Positions 13,369 through 26,079 of a stretch of 64,000 bases of DNA are shown piece after piece. Where the stretch lies: positions 2,542,001 through 2,606,000 of the forward strand of contig JAYWIR010000013.1 in the NCBI GenBank assembly GCA_036172245.1, written 5' to 3'. This DNA comes from Raillietiella orientalis (lineage: Eukaryota). The first letter of the stretch is position 1, and each line of letters begins with the position of its first letter. The position numbers and the translations under genes are program-made. The notes under the pieces are model-generated. The model ran no database searches. It was not told the DNA's origin and was given only the letters and a program-made list of their open reading frames with translations.

Positions 13369-16300
13369 TGCGCTCGACAAAGTAATTAGTTAATTGTGCT
13401 CGTGTGTGCCCGGAGAGGGGAAGTTTTCCAGACGAAACTACAAAAGAAGCGGCGAGGAGATCGCGGCAAAAGACCTGCAGTGGTCCCGTGCAGCAAGACC
13501 AGATGCCAGGATGCAGGCACCTAGAGGAGGAGCGGAGAGAGCGTCGTCCCCCCTGGAAGCCATGGAGGTAACGTGCGGCAACTGCGAAGCGGTGGCAGGC
13601 ATGCCGACGATCGCGCCCGCGGCGGGCTTTGCTGCGCCGGCGGCGGCGATGCCAAGGGTCGTGCCCGCGGAGACGACGGCGGAGGTCGTGCCCGCGGCGG
13701 CGACGCCGAGGATCCTGTACGCGGCGGGGAAGGTCGCGCCTGCGGCGGCAATGCCGAGGTTGCCGCCCGCGGCGGCAACGGTGGCGACGTCGAGGGCTGC
13801 GCTCGCGGCGGCGGCGTCCCAGGCAGGACCCGCGGGCGTCCACGTGGTTCAGGGCGAGACGCCATCTTGTTCGGCTGCGGCGGCGCAGCCCTTTTCCTAT
13901 GCGTCGGTGGCGGCTGGACAGGCGAGTGTCCACCCACCAAGAAAATTCGGGAAGCCGCTATGCGGTAAAGTCCAAAAGGTGGATCGGCCGATCGTGGAGT
14001 TAGGGCCGAATGTGAAGCTCATCATTTTGAAGACTGGGCTCATCAAATTCAATAATATCACGGAGGTGTATCTATCCCTTGATAAAACGGATATCAATTC
14101 TGATCGCATACAGGCGATCATACCGGCAAATAACGGGTTCATAGTCTTCACAGACTGTGAAAATATTATAGAGCGATTGATCCAGAAGGGGATCAATATA
14201 CACAGGAGGATGGTTTGTGGTATTGCCGAAATGCCATACACAACCGTTTTTCTGAACGGCATCTCCATCCTCACACCGCAACTAACGGTGTGGAACTTTT
14301 TGGAGCAGTATGGGGAAGTTCTGGACCTTGAATTCCAGAACTTCTCTGGAAATATATTTTCTGGCGACATGATCGCCAAAATCAAGTTGAAAGAGGGAGC
14401 TGTGATCCCTGGATTAGCCGTTCTTGACGAACAATCCCAGGGAATGAACGTGCGTTACCGGCAACCGCCGATATTCTGCACCGGGTACAAGCAGTTCGGC
14501 GACAGGGCCGGTGCTTGCCCAACGTGTCGTCGTTTCCGCTGCGGCAAAGTAGGACATCAAGTCCGAAACTGCCCGCAGCTGGTGGTGTGCTCCTTCTGCA
14601 AGAAACACGGACATGCCAGATGGAGCTGTCCGGACTTTGCAACTGCAGAAGGATTCGAGGTCTCTCTCCCGTGAGAGAGAGAAACACCAAGCAGGCGGAA
14701 CAGCATGAGAAGGGAGGAAGGCCGCAGAAGGTGAAAGATGCCATCCCGGAATTGGAAGACGGCTTCATACAGGTAGGGAAGAAAGGAAAGAGGAGGATGC
14801 TCGTCAAGGAGCAAGAAGCTCCTCTTATACTGGAAGGTGAAGAGCAAGAAGGCGAGAAGATGGAGGTAGCGCAAAAAGGCGCGGAAGAAGAAATAGCCGA
14901 AGCCACTCCGGTGTCCCAGGAAGCTCTGCAATCTACGGAGGAGCTGGCACCACTGGCAAATGAAGTCCTAGAGGTGCAGAGCGGTCACCAGCAAGAGAAA
15001 ATCTTGCAGAAGATCCGCAATGCACTGGAGAAGGCCAACCAGGTTTATGAGGTCACCGAGCGCGTGAAGATAGAGGAACAGCTTCTCGACGTAAAGGCGA
15101 ACTTCTACGCCAAGGTCGAGATAGAGACGCCATCTCGAAAACTGATCGCGCGGGCCGAACACTCGACGGAAGAGGCGGAAGTAACCGACCTCACCGGAAC
15201 AGAGAGTGACGCCGGCAGCGAGAAGCCCGCTGCTTCTTCATTGTCTGGAAGAGCACGCTCTCTCAGACAGAAGAAGCTCAGGAAGGCCAAGAAATAGGAC
15301 TTCCCCTTTTATGGTCTCTTCCCTTTCGACCGCCAGGAGGCTGAACATCGCTTCCTGGAATGTAAACGGTATGGTCGACCAGGGAAAAAGAAGAAGGATT
15401 GTGCGGACCATCGCCCAACAAGACATAGTGTGCCTGCAGGAGACCCACAAGATGGGTCTCGAGATTAGTCAGCGAATGGAACGGCGATTCAACGGGCAGA
15501 TTTTCGTCAGCGAGGGAGAACAAAACACGCAGGGTGTGGCGGTCCTAATCAAGAACAACTTGGCCCCCACTATTCTGGAAGTGTTCTGTCCCCAACCCGG
15601 ACGAATCATCGGCGTGCGACTGGCCTTTTCCGCTACTGTTCACCTCATCCTGGTGAACGTGTACGGGCCGCACAGGCTAAATCATCGTTGTGCGGAGGCG
15701 CTGCATGCAGCACTCCGTGAAAAGGTTGCTTCCGAGGACGTCGTGATTGTTGCTGGCGATCTCAACATATTGGATGAGATCACTCACTCCGAAGATGCCA
15801 GAGGAAGGACGGCGTATCGGCGGTTATCCGACGAGTTCGGACTGGTGTAGCGAACTGCAAGTCACAAGCCGATCGATCACGTCCTGCACAGCACCGAACT
15901 TGGGAATCGCATCCAGGGTTTTCGAGACATTATGACCACGGTGTCCGATCACCCCCTGGTGCGGTTTTCCCTAAGAACGGAGAATCCTCGGCGGAGGCAA
16001 GGCACCAGGGCGGCGCTCATCAGCATGCCCGCCTGGTTGGAAACCCATCCCGGACATCAGGCTGTCCTGGAGACGATTCTGAAGGCAACAACAATCCGAA
16101 GAGTCGCCGACTGGGACAGCCTGAAACACAGGATACACCTGTTTGCAAACATGCTGTTCGGAGATAGGCGCTTGAGGCAGGAGGCGTACCAGGAGCTGAA
16201 CATCCAAGATCGCTCACTCTCAAAGTACTTCGATCAGTAAGAGAGTCGGTACGTCCTCAATAACATAAAAGGGGAAGTCGTCGTGCTGGAGAAGAGAAAT

Positions 16301-18970
16301 TTGGCAACAGATATCTTCTGCATCCAGTACGACGGTCAAAAGCGACAGTCGTCTGAGGACATCGTGGATGCATTTCAAAGGCATTACACGAAACACTTTA
16401 GGCGACAACATCTCTGTCGCTCTAGTCAACAGGCCTTTCTGAGCTACGTCGAGAAGAGGACCGACGATCTACAGCGGAACAGACTGGAGGAGGAATTCTC
16501 CGAAGACGAGGTGAAGACTGCGTTTGGTCAACTACGCAAGGACGTGGCCGCGGGCCCTGACAGCGTACCCATCACTCACTATCAGCGGTACTTGAATGCC
16601 TACCTGCGTTTGTTCCACCAGTTGACCGTCTGCATCCGCGAAGAAGGAAGACTTCCACAGTCCTTCTACGAGAGTCGGATGAGATTGTTGCCAGAAGGAG
16701 GCGACCTCACGCAGGTCGATCAATGGAGGCCAATCTCGATCCTGAACTCCGATGCCAAGTAATTGGCGAAGATCTGGTCCAACCGCTTAGGCAAGGTCAT
16801 GTCGAGGCTCATCTCTCCGGTCCAAACGTGTGCAGTCCCTTCACGTCACATGTCGGACAATGTCAACTGTGCCCAGGCCACCGTCGGACTCAGCCGATAC
16901 GTCGCCGAGAATCTGGCGCTGGTGTTCACTGACATGGAGAAGGGTTTCGACTCCATCGACCATGGGATGCTGCTGAAGGTTCTGGAGAAGCTAGGCCTTC
17001 CGGAACACTTCAGCAACTTCATGAGGGTGGTACTCCAGAACCAGTACTGCCGAATCAAAATCAACGGCCAGGAGACGGCAGCAATCCGGATTGAACGGGG
17101 AGTCCGGCAGGGCGATTCGCTAAGTCCGATGCTGTTCGTCATCTACATGGAGGCGTTGTCGTCCTTTATCGAGAAGAGCGGACGACTGCAAGGCATAACC
17201 ATCGATGGCCAGCGTCTTACCCATCTGGCATACGCTGATGATCTACTCTTTTTTATCAAGGGAGAGAGAAATCAACGAGCGTTTCTGGATGTGGTAGATC
17301 TGATGGATGAAGGCCTCGGTCTAAAGATCAACGCCCAGAAAAGCCAGCTCTTGCCCGTTGGAATCCTCGATCTCTCCACTCTAGCGGGGAGAGGATTCCG
17401 AACGGTGGACAAGGCCAAGTACCTGGGTGTCTACATTGGCGACGTCTCCGCGTCGAAGCTATTGTGGACCGAGATCCTAGGGAAAACGGCCAAGGAAACA
17501 GCCAAATACACCCGAACGGACCTTGGAATGAAGCGAAAGGCCAACATATGGAACGGAGTACTCCTTCCAAAAGTGCTCTTCGGGGCGGCCTTCGCGAGGA
17601 TGAACAAGGGAACCACGAGGGAGTTCGACAAGCTGCAGAGAAAAACACTGTGTGGCCACTATCGCCCAAGAGTCCGACTAAAACCCCTGTGTCGTCCCAG
17701 GGAAGAAGGCGGTTTCGGGATGAAGTCGCTTGCACACTCCATAGAAATCATGGATACGCGACACATCCTCGACATTGCCACTCACTGGGATGACTGGCCG
17801 TATGCGGCGCACAGGGCCTACGCGTTGTTGTGGAACAACTCGAAAGGCCTGATGATTGCGCTGCTAGGCCGAGCAGGTGAATGGAAAAAAATCGACCCAA
17901 CCTGGACGAGGAAGCAACGGCTGGTGCGAAAGCACAAAATCAAGATCGTGCCGAGAAGTAGGGAACTCTGGCAGGACGACTCCATCCTGGTGATCCCTTG
18001 GATGCTTCCTGTCCCGCCGGACACGAGAAGCTGGATCCACCAGCGGTCCAGAGTTACCCTTCAACGAATCCAGGAGTGGAAACGAGGACGCTACCTACAT
18101 CACACTCGTATACTTAGGTATATAGAGATGATGTTAGGAAGGTTTACCCACATGACTCGCGAAGTGTGGTTCAATCACAACGACTTTGCGTGGTCCAGGG
18201 TAACCAAAACAAACCTCCGAAGACTAATTCAAGAAGAACACAGTGATATTAGTGCCCTCCAGGAAGCCGCCGATCGCTACGGGAGTGACCGGATCAACCT
18301 GTTAGCGATTGGCACGACGCTCTGGAGGAGTGACCTTCCGCCGGGCACCCAGGATGACCTCCTGATGTTTTATCATGGAGGAATCCAGAGTGGGTCCCGA
18401 TTGCAGCACTACACCGGAAGAAGGGAAGATCGAGACTGCACAGCATGTGGAGACATCGACACGAGAGTTCACGTCTTGACGTGTCCCACATTGCTGCATG
18501 ACTGGCTGATCCTGAAAAGGATCATCGGACTCACAACCAGGTCCGTAATGGAGATCCTCGCCGAGATGTTTCAGGGGGATGGTAATGTTCCCTGTTACAA
18601 TCCCATGGTGAGGACGACCATCGCCCTCTTCATCACCGCCATACTTGTGCGGTGGTGGAAAATGAGGAAAGCCAGAAGAGCCGCACCACCGATGGAGATC
18701 CTACAAGGGCTCCTGAAGAGGGAAATCGGCATTAGAAACTGTGGGAAAATCCAAGCCTGGACGTACCGATTCATCCTGAAGAGGATAGAAGACGACGCCC
18801 GGGACCAAACAGCAGGAAACCCACCATGAGTGCAAAACTTGTGAGAACCCAAGGACTTCATAGTGGTAAAAAAAGTGCTAATGGTATGGATGAGATTGAA
18901 GTGTGAATGTTTTTATAGAAAAATTTTAGAAAAATAAATTTACCCCACCCCTCGTGGGACTTGGGGAAAA
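13369..18970 (+). mobile_element. Family A LINE, second copy (inverted duplicate of 1166-6771)
   Basis: ORF1 13511-15297 (one frameshift); ORF2 15311-18829 with stops at ~15848, 16238 and 16760; same 3' junction into family B ORF1 as copy 1. Confidence 0.93.
15311..18829 (+). pseudogene. Family A ORF2 (APE+RT)
   Basis: Same motifs as 1300-4817; YADD at ~17230. Confidence 0.93.
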
Positions 18971-20331
18971 CTGCCGAGTCGGCGATGGGGCGACTGCATG
19001 CAGCGTGCTTTTGCTCGTCGCGACGCTGCTTTTACGGCTTTCGTAGCCTTTGCAGAGGGACCTGCGCTGCAGTGGGGCTGTCCGGAACTCAGGAGGGACA
19101 ACGGAACGGGGCAAGAAGTCTTCGCACTGTTGCGATCTTCCTGTTTTCCTACCTTTCCCTCCAGGGTGTTACGGAGATTTCCTGGTTCCTGGCTCCAAAA
19201 GGTGCCTTCGAGTTCGGCAGCGAGAGAGGGCACGGCACGCGTCAAACCCTCGCGCCCCTTTTTAATTGGCTTCCCCGCCGTGACTTTCCCCTTTCGGGGC
19301 GTTGCGGGCGGGGATGCTTTCTTTTTATCCGCGGATCGCTCGTGGTTTTTTTCGAGTTTTTGCGGACGACGTTTTTTATTCGCCGCTGCGGCTTTTCGTG
19401 CAGTGGTCTCTTGAACCCGACGAATTTCCGCTGCGGCTCTTTTTCTTGCAAGTACCGGGCACTTTTCGATTTCGTGCCCGGAATGTTTGCAATAGCGGCA
19501 TCCTGGATAGGGACACTCTTTAATTCGGTGCCCATCCTTGCCGTACTGCTCGCACGCGCGAGTCAGGCCTATGAACCACAGGTGAACGACCGTGCCGTTC
19601 ACCTGTAGCTGCTCAGGCACAACACGCCTGTTCGCGACGGTGATCCGCGTGGAGGCTTGTCCGATGTGGACAGAGGAGAAATTCTTCAAAGGGTTCGGCC
19701 TTCTCCACAGGGCGTGCACGGTGGCGAACTTCGCCAGCACGCTTACAGCATCGCGGTCGAAGATTTCCGGTTCGATGTCGCACAATTGAACGACAAAAGA
19801 GTCGTCCATCGCGGTAGGTAGGACTTCCTTGCCATTGATGGTCAACGGCGTACGGAGAAGGCGCTGCACAAGTGCTGCGTTCTTGCACCGAATTTTCGTA
19901 TATTCCATCCTGCCAGCAGGCATTATGGCAACAAGTTCCTCCTCGCGAACGCCTATCCGGACGAGCTCATCATTGAGCTCACGACCGATTCTCCCGTTAA
20001 GGGGTCCACTGACCTTATAACGGAATGCAGGTATGTATCCTGATGACACATATGCCTGGAACTCCGCATCGCAGGTTCCTGGTGTTTGAGAGGTAACGGC
20101 GGCGTAAGTCCTCACCGGGGGCGAGGAAACCATTACGGAGGATGCGGCCACTTCAAGTGCAGCTGAAGTGCATCCAGTGGCTTGCTCCTCCACACTATCC
20201 TGTGTACTGGCCATGTTGCACTATGCTACTTGGCAGATTGCACAGAAACACACAAGTGCGAGCAAAAACGCAGGCACAAAGTTGCCCGATCGTTGGCGCG
20301 GATAGACTCGGAAACACGTCTGCACTGTACG
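18971..20331 (-). mobile_element. Family B 5' end (5'UTR + ORF1 N-terminal 415 aa, ATG 20214)
   Basis: ORF 18940..20214(-) matches 2..1165; bounded by the TSD agcgcaggagat. Confidence 0.88.
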
Positions 20332-20578
20332 AGCGCAGGAGATCGAGAGGATCGCAGGGGGAAGGTTGCTGTGGCAATGCGGCACCCGATACAGCTGGGG
20401 CGTCGCGTTTTTCATTAAGCCGGCGGTCGATGCTGCCGTAAAGGGCGTGCGCTTCGACGATGCCGGTCGTGTTGGCCAGCTGATTCTCAGGTGATCCGAC
20501 ACGAGCGACCATGTCGTAACAAACCTGTACGCCCCGAGCGGTCCTGGCAGGTACCAGGAACGTGCGTCGTTCCTGGAA
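20332..20578 (+). pseudogene. Family C APE fragment (continuation of the element cut at 11380)
   Basis: AQEIERIAGGRLLWQCG..GVAF..RFDDAGRVGQL..NLYAP. Confidence 0.75.
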
Positions 20579-20579
20579 A

Positions 20580-22176
20580 CAGACCGAAGAAAATAATAGG
20601 TCTACTGAGTTCAAAAAACAGTTAGGTGGAAAAACAAAGTTGCTCAGATATTGAAAGGCATATATATAAAGGAGGGAAGGGCAATCAATAAGCCAGATCT
20701 AGATAGAACAACTAGGCTGGCATACAACCTTATATTAGTATATAGTAAGGGAAAAGATTTCCGAAAGGACGTGGCAACGCCAAACCAGCGAAGGAACGAA
20801 CAACCAAGAGATAAAATGGAGTTAAAACGTGCATTAAATCTGTTGAGGGCTGTACTATGTATCATTAAATCTACGTCAAGCGTAGCACTTAATGGAACAA
20901 ATGTGTGCAAACTGTTTAATCAAAAAATTATTAGAAGGAAAACCAATTGGAGGATGGGAGACAGAATATCTGATAGCAATCGCAGGAAGACAAAAGACAA
21001 ACGGATACATCGAGATGATGGCACGGAGACACAACAAGGAACAGCACATTAATAACGGTAATATAGATCGACCGAGGATAATAGAGGACAATGTCAAATT
21101 GCATTGAGAACGGCCAGTATTAGCATGGCACCGGCTACAGACCGAAGTTGGATACTATGAGAGGACTTGTGAAGAAGTAGAAACGTATAATATCACACCG
21201 TGGGACAATATCAACAGGGTATATGTGGATAACAGTGCGACATTACACCACTGATGGCGGCAGGGCAAATCTTGGCCGCAGATAAGGAACATCACGACTG
21301 GCGAGCCTTAGGAATAAAGACAGCGCTATATGACATGCAAAATGACAAGACATGGACAGAGCCAAGTGGAAGTGACTATTGCTTCAAGACTGGTGGGAAA
21401 AGAAATACATTCAAGAAACTTAGAGTTCTAAACTCACCATACAGATACGTGGCAGTAGACATCAGCGCACTGTCATCACATATATGGAGCTATGAAGGGC
21501 TACTGGTCAATGCGGGAACACCGGAAGAACCAGAAATGGAACTGTGGCGCTTAACAGACAACAATGTTGTGGTTATTGTAATAAATGACCGGTTAAATCT
21601 AATACAGGAAACATTAGCTTTGTGGATAGTAATACATCTGCGCTATCCATTATACGACACGTATGAACACTTCACGACCTATAGAATCGGCAACAGGACC
21701 CTTAATGACAGAGAGGGTGCGCCAATAAATTAAGAGGAGATATACAGAAGGACAGCAAGTCTAGTAGATATCCCAGCAAGACCAACAGATATAGTTATCT
21801 TGACAAGTGATAAAGTGGCACGAACAAGGAACATTGGCGGGACGGACGTAGCGATAACAATTGGCGAAAGATACTACCGAGAACCGCCAGATATACAAGT
21901 TAATCACGGGACGGAATTAATAACAAATTGCGTAAGAATGACGATGAACCACGGAGGAAAGTTGACACAACTGCTGAATAACTATTTCCTGCCCATAATG
22001 GCAACGGGCATGAACTGGAGGGAGATAGAGCAGATTGTTGGAACGCTCTGTGTAAGATATCTACCCAGGGAAGAAATAGGAGTAAGCATCGACGGAAAAT
22101 ATCAATACAAGACAAAATATGACCAAGCGTGCAAAAATCCGAGAAGGCAACACATGGCGTGGACACCTAAACTGCA
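20580..22176 (+). other. Endogenous viral element: toti-like dsRNA virus capsid-like fragment (frameshifted)
   Basis: Abrupt shift to A-rich composition; near-contiguous ~500 aa frame (..ETLALWIVIHLRYPL..EEIYRRTASLVDIP..GMNWREIEQIVGTLCVRY) recalling arthropod toti-like capsids. Assigned from memory, supported by the toti-like RdRp piece at 32723. Confidence 0.6.
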
Positions 22177-23270
22177 TGCAGCACGACGGAGGACGGTGGC
22201 GACCGTGCCCTCCAGCCGGTCGTGCTGATCGCCGCCCGCTCGCCGGATCAAGCGAGCAAAGCCGCCAACTTCCCAGCAGTAATGCGGGGAATCGCGTCTC
22301 CTCGTCGTCTGTCCGTGACGTGTTGGAACGTGAACGGAATGCAGAACGAGAAGAGCCGATTAGTAGCCAACGCCCTGCGCCCCTTTGACCTCGCGCTCCT
22401 GCAGGAGATTCACGTAATCTCCGACGAGCAGGCAGCCGAAATCGAGGAGCGCGCAGGCGGAACGCTACATTGGCGGTGCGGCGGTGCACACACCTGCGGC
22501 GTCGCGTTCCTCGTAAGAGGAAAAATGGCGGAAGCGGTGCGTAGTGTTCGTTTCGATGACGACGGACGGATAGGCCAGCTTGTCATCAAGTGGTCAGAGT
22601 CCATCGATCTCGTCGTTACGAACGTCTACGCGCCGAGTGGCTCTCGCTACCTCGAAGAAAGAGTAGCTTTCTTTGGTGAGGTGCAGAGCCAGTGGCTCAA
22701 CAACTCCGGTTTCCAAGCGGCACACCTCATCGCGGGGGACTTCAACGTCCGCCTGCTGGCCGACGATTGGAGCCACCCCAGGGAGCGCCCGCTGTCCATC
22801 GAGATGTGCGCGTCGGTGCACGCCGCCAACTTGATGGTCAGCGAACCTGGAATGGAAACATCTCTCGATCACGTTTTCCTAGATGAAAACCTGCATTCGC
22901 GTGTGGGTAGGAGAGAAAGATTGTGGACTGGGCTTTCTGACCACCACAGGTTGGAGTTTGAGCTCCTTCCGCCAGGCAAGGGGCCTCCGTTGCAAAACTG
23001 GAGGATGCAGGCGGATTGGCTTAGCCATCCGGAGGCTGCAGAGCATCTCCGTGAACACCACCGAGGCTTCGCCATTCATGAACTCGCGGACTGGGACGAT
23101 CTCAAAAGATCTGTCCGCGAGTTCTGCTGCCAATTCCCCTTGTACCGGCTTCCATGCGGTTTCGAAGAGGGCGTGGCCAACAGTAGAGACTTTCTGCAGG
23201 CCCGCACGTTTTCGAGACACGCGGATGTCGGGCGTCTCGCAGAGTACAAGGCGAGGGCCGAGCGCCAGGT
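22177..23270 (+). mobile_element. Family B fragment: ORF1 end, TAATG, APE domain
   Basis: TAATG 22280-22284; WNVNG, LQEIH, NVYAP, AGDFN, SLDH, SDH. Confidence 0.9.
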
Positions 23271-24390
23271 TAGCGCGTTTGATGGCCACGCTGCACGCGT
23301 TGATTGTTGGGCGTGGCGCGACCTTTCCCTTGCCCTTCACCACTTTCGCCGGTGCGGGCGCGGTTTTTTTAACAATTTTTACTTTACGGGTGACCAGCTG
23401 CCAGCCTTCCTCGTCGGCAGTCTTTTCCGGGAGCTCCTGTACCGAGTCCCTTTCCTGCTGCGCGACTTTTGTCGGAGCCGACGGCTGATCCCCTTTTGTG
23501 GGGTTTATCACTATTTTTGCCTTCCCTTCCTTCTTTTGCGGAAGTTCCGGCGTTGGAGCGACGTTTATCGGGCACACCACTTTGGTGTGGCCCTTCGCGC
23601 CGCACGTTGGGCAAACTGCGTCCGGGCACCGCTTTTTCAAATGCCCGAACGACTTACAGTTTCCACAAAATTTAGGTTTCCCCACAAACCAAATGTCGAC
23701 GAACTCGTCGCCAATTTGGAGCTTGTGGGGAAGCTGTACGCTTTCTCGAAGCGTCACGCGCGCGCCTACTCGCCCACTAAAAGCACCGTTCACTCCGAAG
23801 GTGTTGGGCTTTCTCCACATCGCGAAAACGCTTGCGTATTTTTCCAGTTCAGCGCGGATGGCGTTCTCATCCATCCGCACTGTTGTCCCTGTTAGGTGGA
23901 CCACAATGGAGTGGTCCACCGTGTGTGGGAGTAAATTCCTGCCCTCAAATTGTACGGGCGTGCAGAGCATCTTGTGGGTAAGAGCTGCATCCTTGCAGAT
24001 GAGCTCCGCCAACTGCCCTCCGCTCCGTATAGAGAGGCAAAGAATTTCATGGTCGGCAATGCCCATCTCTTTGATGGCATTGCCGAACTTTCTCGCCCTT
24101 AACGGGGAATATAAATTGCCTACCTTGTACAGGAGGGCCGGATTGTAGCCCTCCTGGATGTAGGATTGGATTTCGGCGGCGACATCGGGCGTTTCCGCCG
24201 CTGCCACCGCGCTCCAGGCCCTCGCCGTAGTGGCGGGTTCAGAAGAAGTGGTGGGGCGTGATCCCACCTCCTTTGGCTTGGGAGACGCGGTCTTCCCGCC
24301 TCCCTCACCTGAAACTGCGGCGTTCACAGGCATTTCTGCCTGTCAACGGCCGCGAAACACACACGGAACACCAGAAAATAAAAACTCCCT
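23271..24390 (-). mobile_element. Family C 5' fragment (5'UTR + ORF1, ATG 24333)
   Basis: SYIQEGYNPALLYKVGNLYS; CGNCKSFGHLKKRC, CPTCGAKGHTKVVC. Confidence 0.88.
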
Positions 24391-24875
24391 ATTCAAGGAG
24401 CGCGCAACAATTGCGTCCGAAGTACACCGCATTGTGAGACGCTACTACTCCTCGCTGTACGCGGAATCCCCGAAGGAGGATATTCTCTCTCAGATACTCC
24501 TGTGGCAGGATGCTCTTGTTGTCGGCGAGGAGAAACGCGAACGTCTCAACAAGCCCTTCACGGCGGATGAATTTGCGTCCGCCATCGCTGGGCTGAAGAG
24601 ACGAAAGGCGCCAGGCGAGGATGGCTTCCCTGTGCTTTGCAGTGAAGATCATTCCCTTGATGTTGAGACTCGCGGCGCTGCTGAGGGAATCCAAAAATGT
24701 CCCGGATACCTTCCGCTCAGCGAGGGTGCGTCTCCTGCCGAAAGGCGGATACGCGCCAACTTAACAACTGGCGTCCGATCACCTTGGTGAACTCGGAAGT
24801 CAAGTTGTTTTCCAAGCTGTGGGTCGCGCGGTTAGGAAGTATCGCGGAATCTGTGGTGATCCCGGAACAAACTGT
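24391..24875 (+). pseudogene. Family B ORF2 fragment (linker and RT start)
   Basis: YYSSLYAE, KRRKAPGEDG, NNWRPITLVNSEVK. Confidence 0.8.
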
Positions 24876-26079
24876 GGGACAGAACCTGGTGCGTTCCAGC
24901 ACGCCGCCTGGCCCAACGAGCCTCCGGATCCGGCGGACTTTTATCGTTTCTGTTGGCGCGCGTCGGCAGACGAGCACACTGCGGCTTTCACTTGCGGCGC
25001 ATGGCTATTGTGGTTCGGTAGAACGCCTGGATCTCCTGCCTCCCCGGGAACTACTCTGCATGGCTGCACGAGTCGGTGTCCACGTGGAAAAAGATCAACC
25101 TTCCGGCGGGCACAAAGAACACTTGTTTGAAAAGGCACGCCCACTGGACACTGCAGGAGATCGTGCAGTCCCACAACCAGATTCTGTGGGCTCTGATTAC
25201 TCCCCTTGCCCCTGTGCTGCCCTTTCTTGTGAACTCTAGGGAGAGCAGCGAGAAGAGGAAGTGGACAGTGTCCTGCACATGACTGGTCAAGGCTTGGACA
25301 TCTCGGCAGCTAGCGGACGCTGCGACGCCGAGTGTCCCGCCCAACGGAATTCGAAGCTGGGGCGAGCTACTCGGACTATCTCCGCAGGAGTTGAAGTGGC
25401 CCCCAGCGTCCTGGAACAGTGTAACCCTCCCCATGAAATGGCAGGAGGTGGCGTTGCTTGTGGTACACTGGGGTTTACCTTTCAAAGCACGCCTGCATCA
25501 TTCCACACGGGGAGCTGTCGACTCCCAGTGCGACCGGTGCGGGGAATAAGAGACATTCCCCCACCTCCTTATTGAGTGCAATGCCCTCCGTCCATTATGG
25601 AATCGTCTTACGGAGATTCTGTACATCCGGGCAGGCGCCCCTATGGACGTTTTTTGGCGCCTCTTCTCTCGTGATGCCTTGTTTCGCTCTTCTGTGTAGC
25701 AGTTCTCTGTTGCATTTAAGGGATCGTTGCGGCTTGGAATGCGACCAGGCGCCAAGCCTGCGGCAACGCCTTACACTTGACTCGCCTTTTCGTGCGAAGC
25801 GTGTGCAAGTGGCGCCATTTGGGCGCAGATAGGACGCAGCTTGTGAGGATCCTAAACAGGATCTGGAGGACCTGTCCGCGCAAGCAGTGATCCCTTCCCT
25901 GCCCTCCCATCCCTAAAACATTTGTTTTTTATTCCCACCCCCGCGCGTCGGATGGATTTCACCGATTCCGCACCGGCTCGAAGCAAGCTGTCTTGGAGTG
26001 GTGAGCCACTAAGCTCGCCAGGAGAACATTTATTGTATTTTTATTATCCAATAAATGCCCCGGCATATCCGGGTGAAAA
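24876..26079 (+). mobile_element. LINE 3' fragment (family C-like ORF2 C-terminus + 3'UTR + terminal hairpin)
   Basis: Homologous to 36085-37650; CDRCG..PHLLIEC; aataaatgccccggcatatccgggtgaaaa at 26050-26079. Confidence 0.75.

Noticed and set aside
7462..18829. In-frame stops as evidence of an alternative genetic code or programmed readthrough
   Set aside because: Stops are of all three types, differ between copies and co-occur with frameshifts, consistent with neutral decay.
22222..24333. Long overlapping ORFs (557 aa + and 484 aa -) as novel genes
   Set aside because: These are chimeric read-throughs across the junction of a B APE fragment and an antisense C ORF1.
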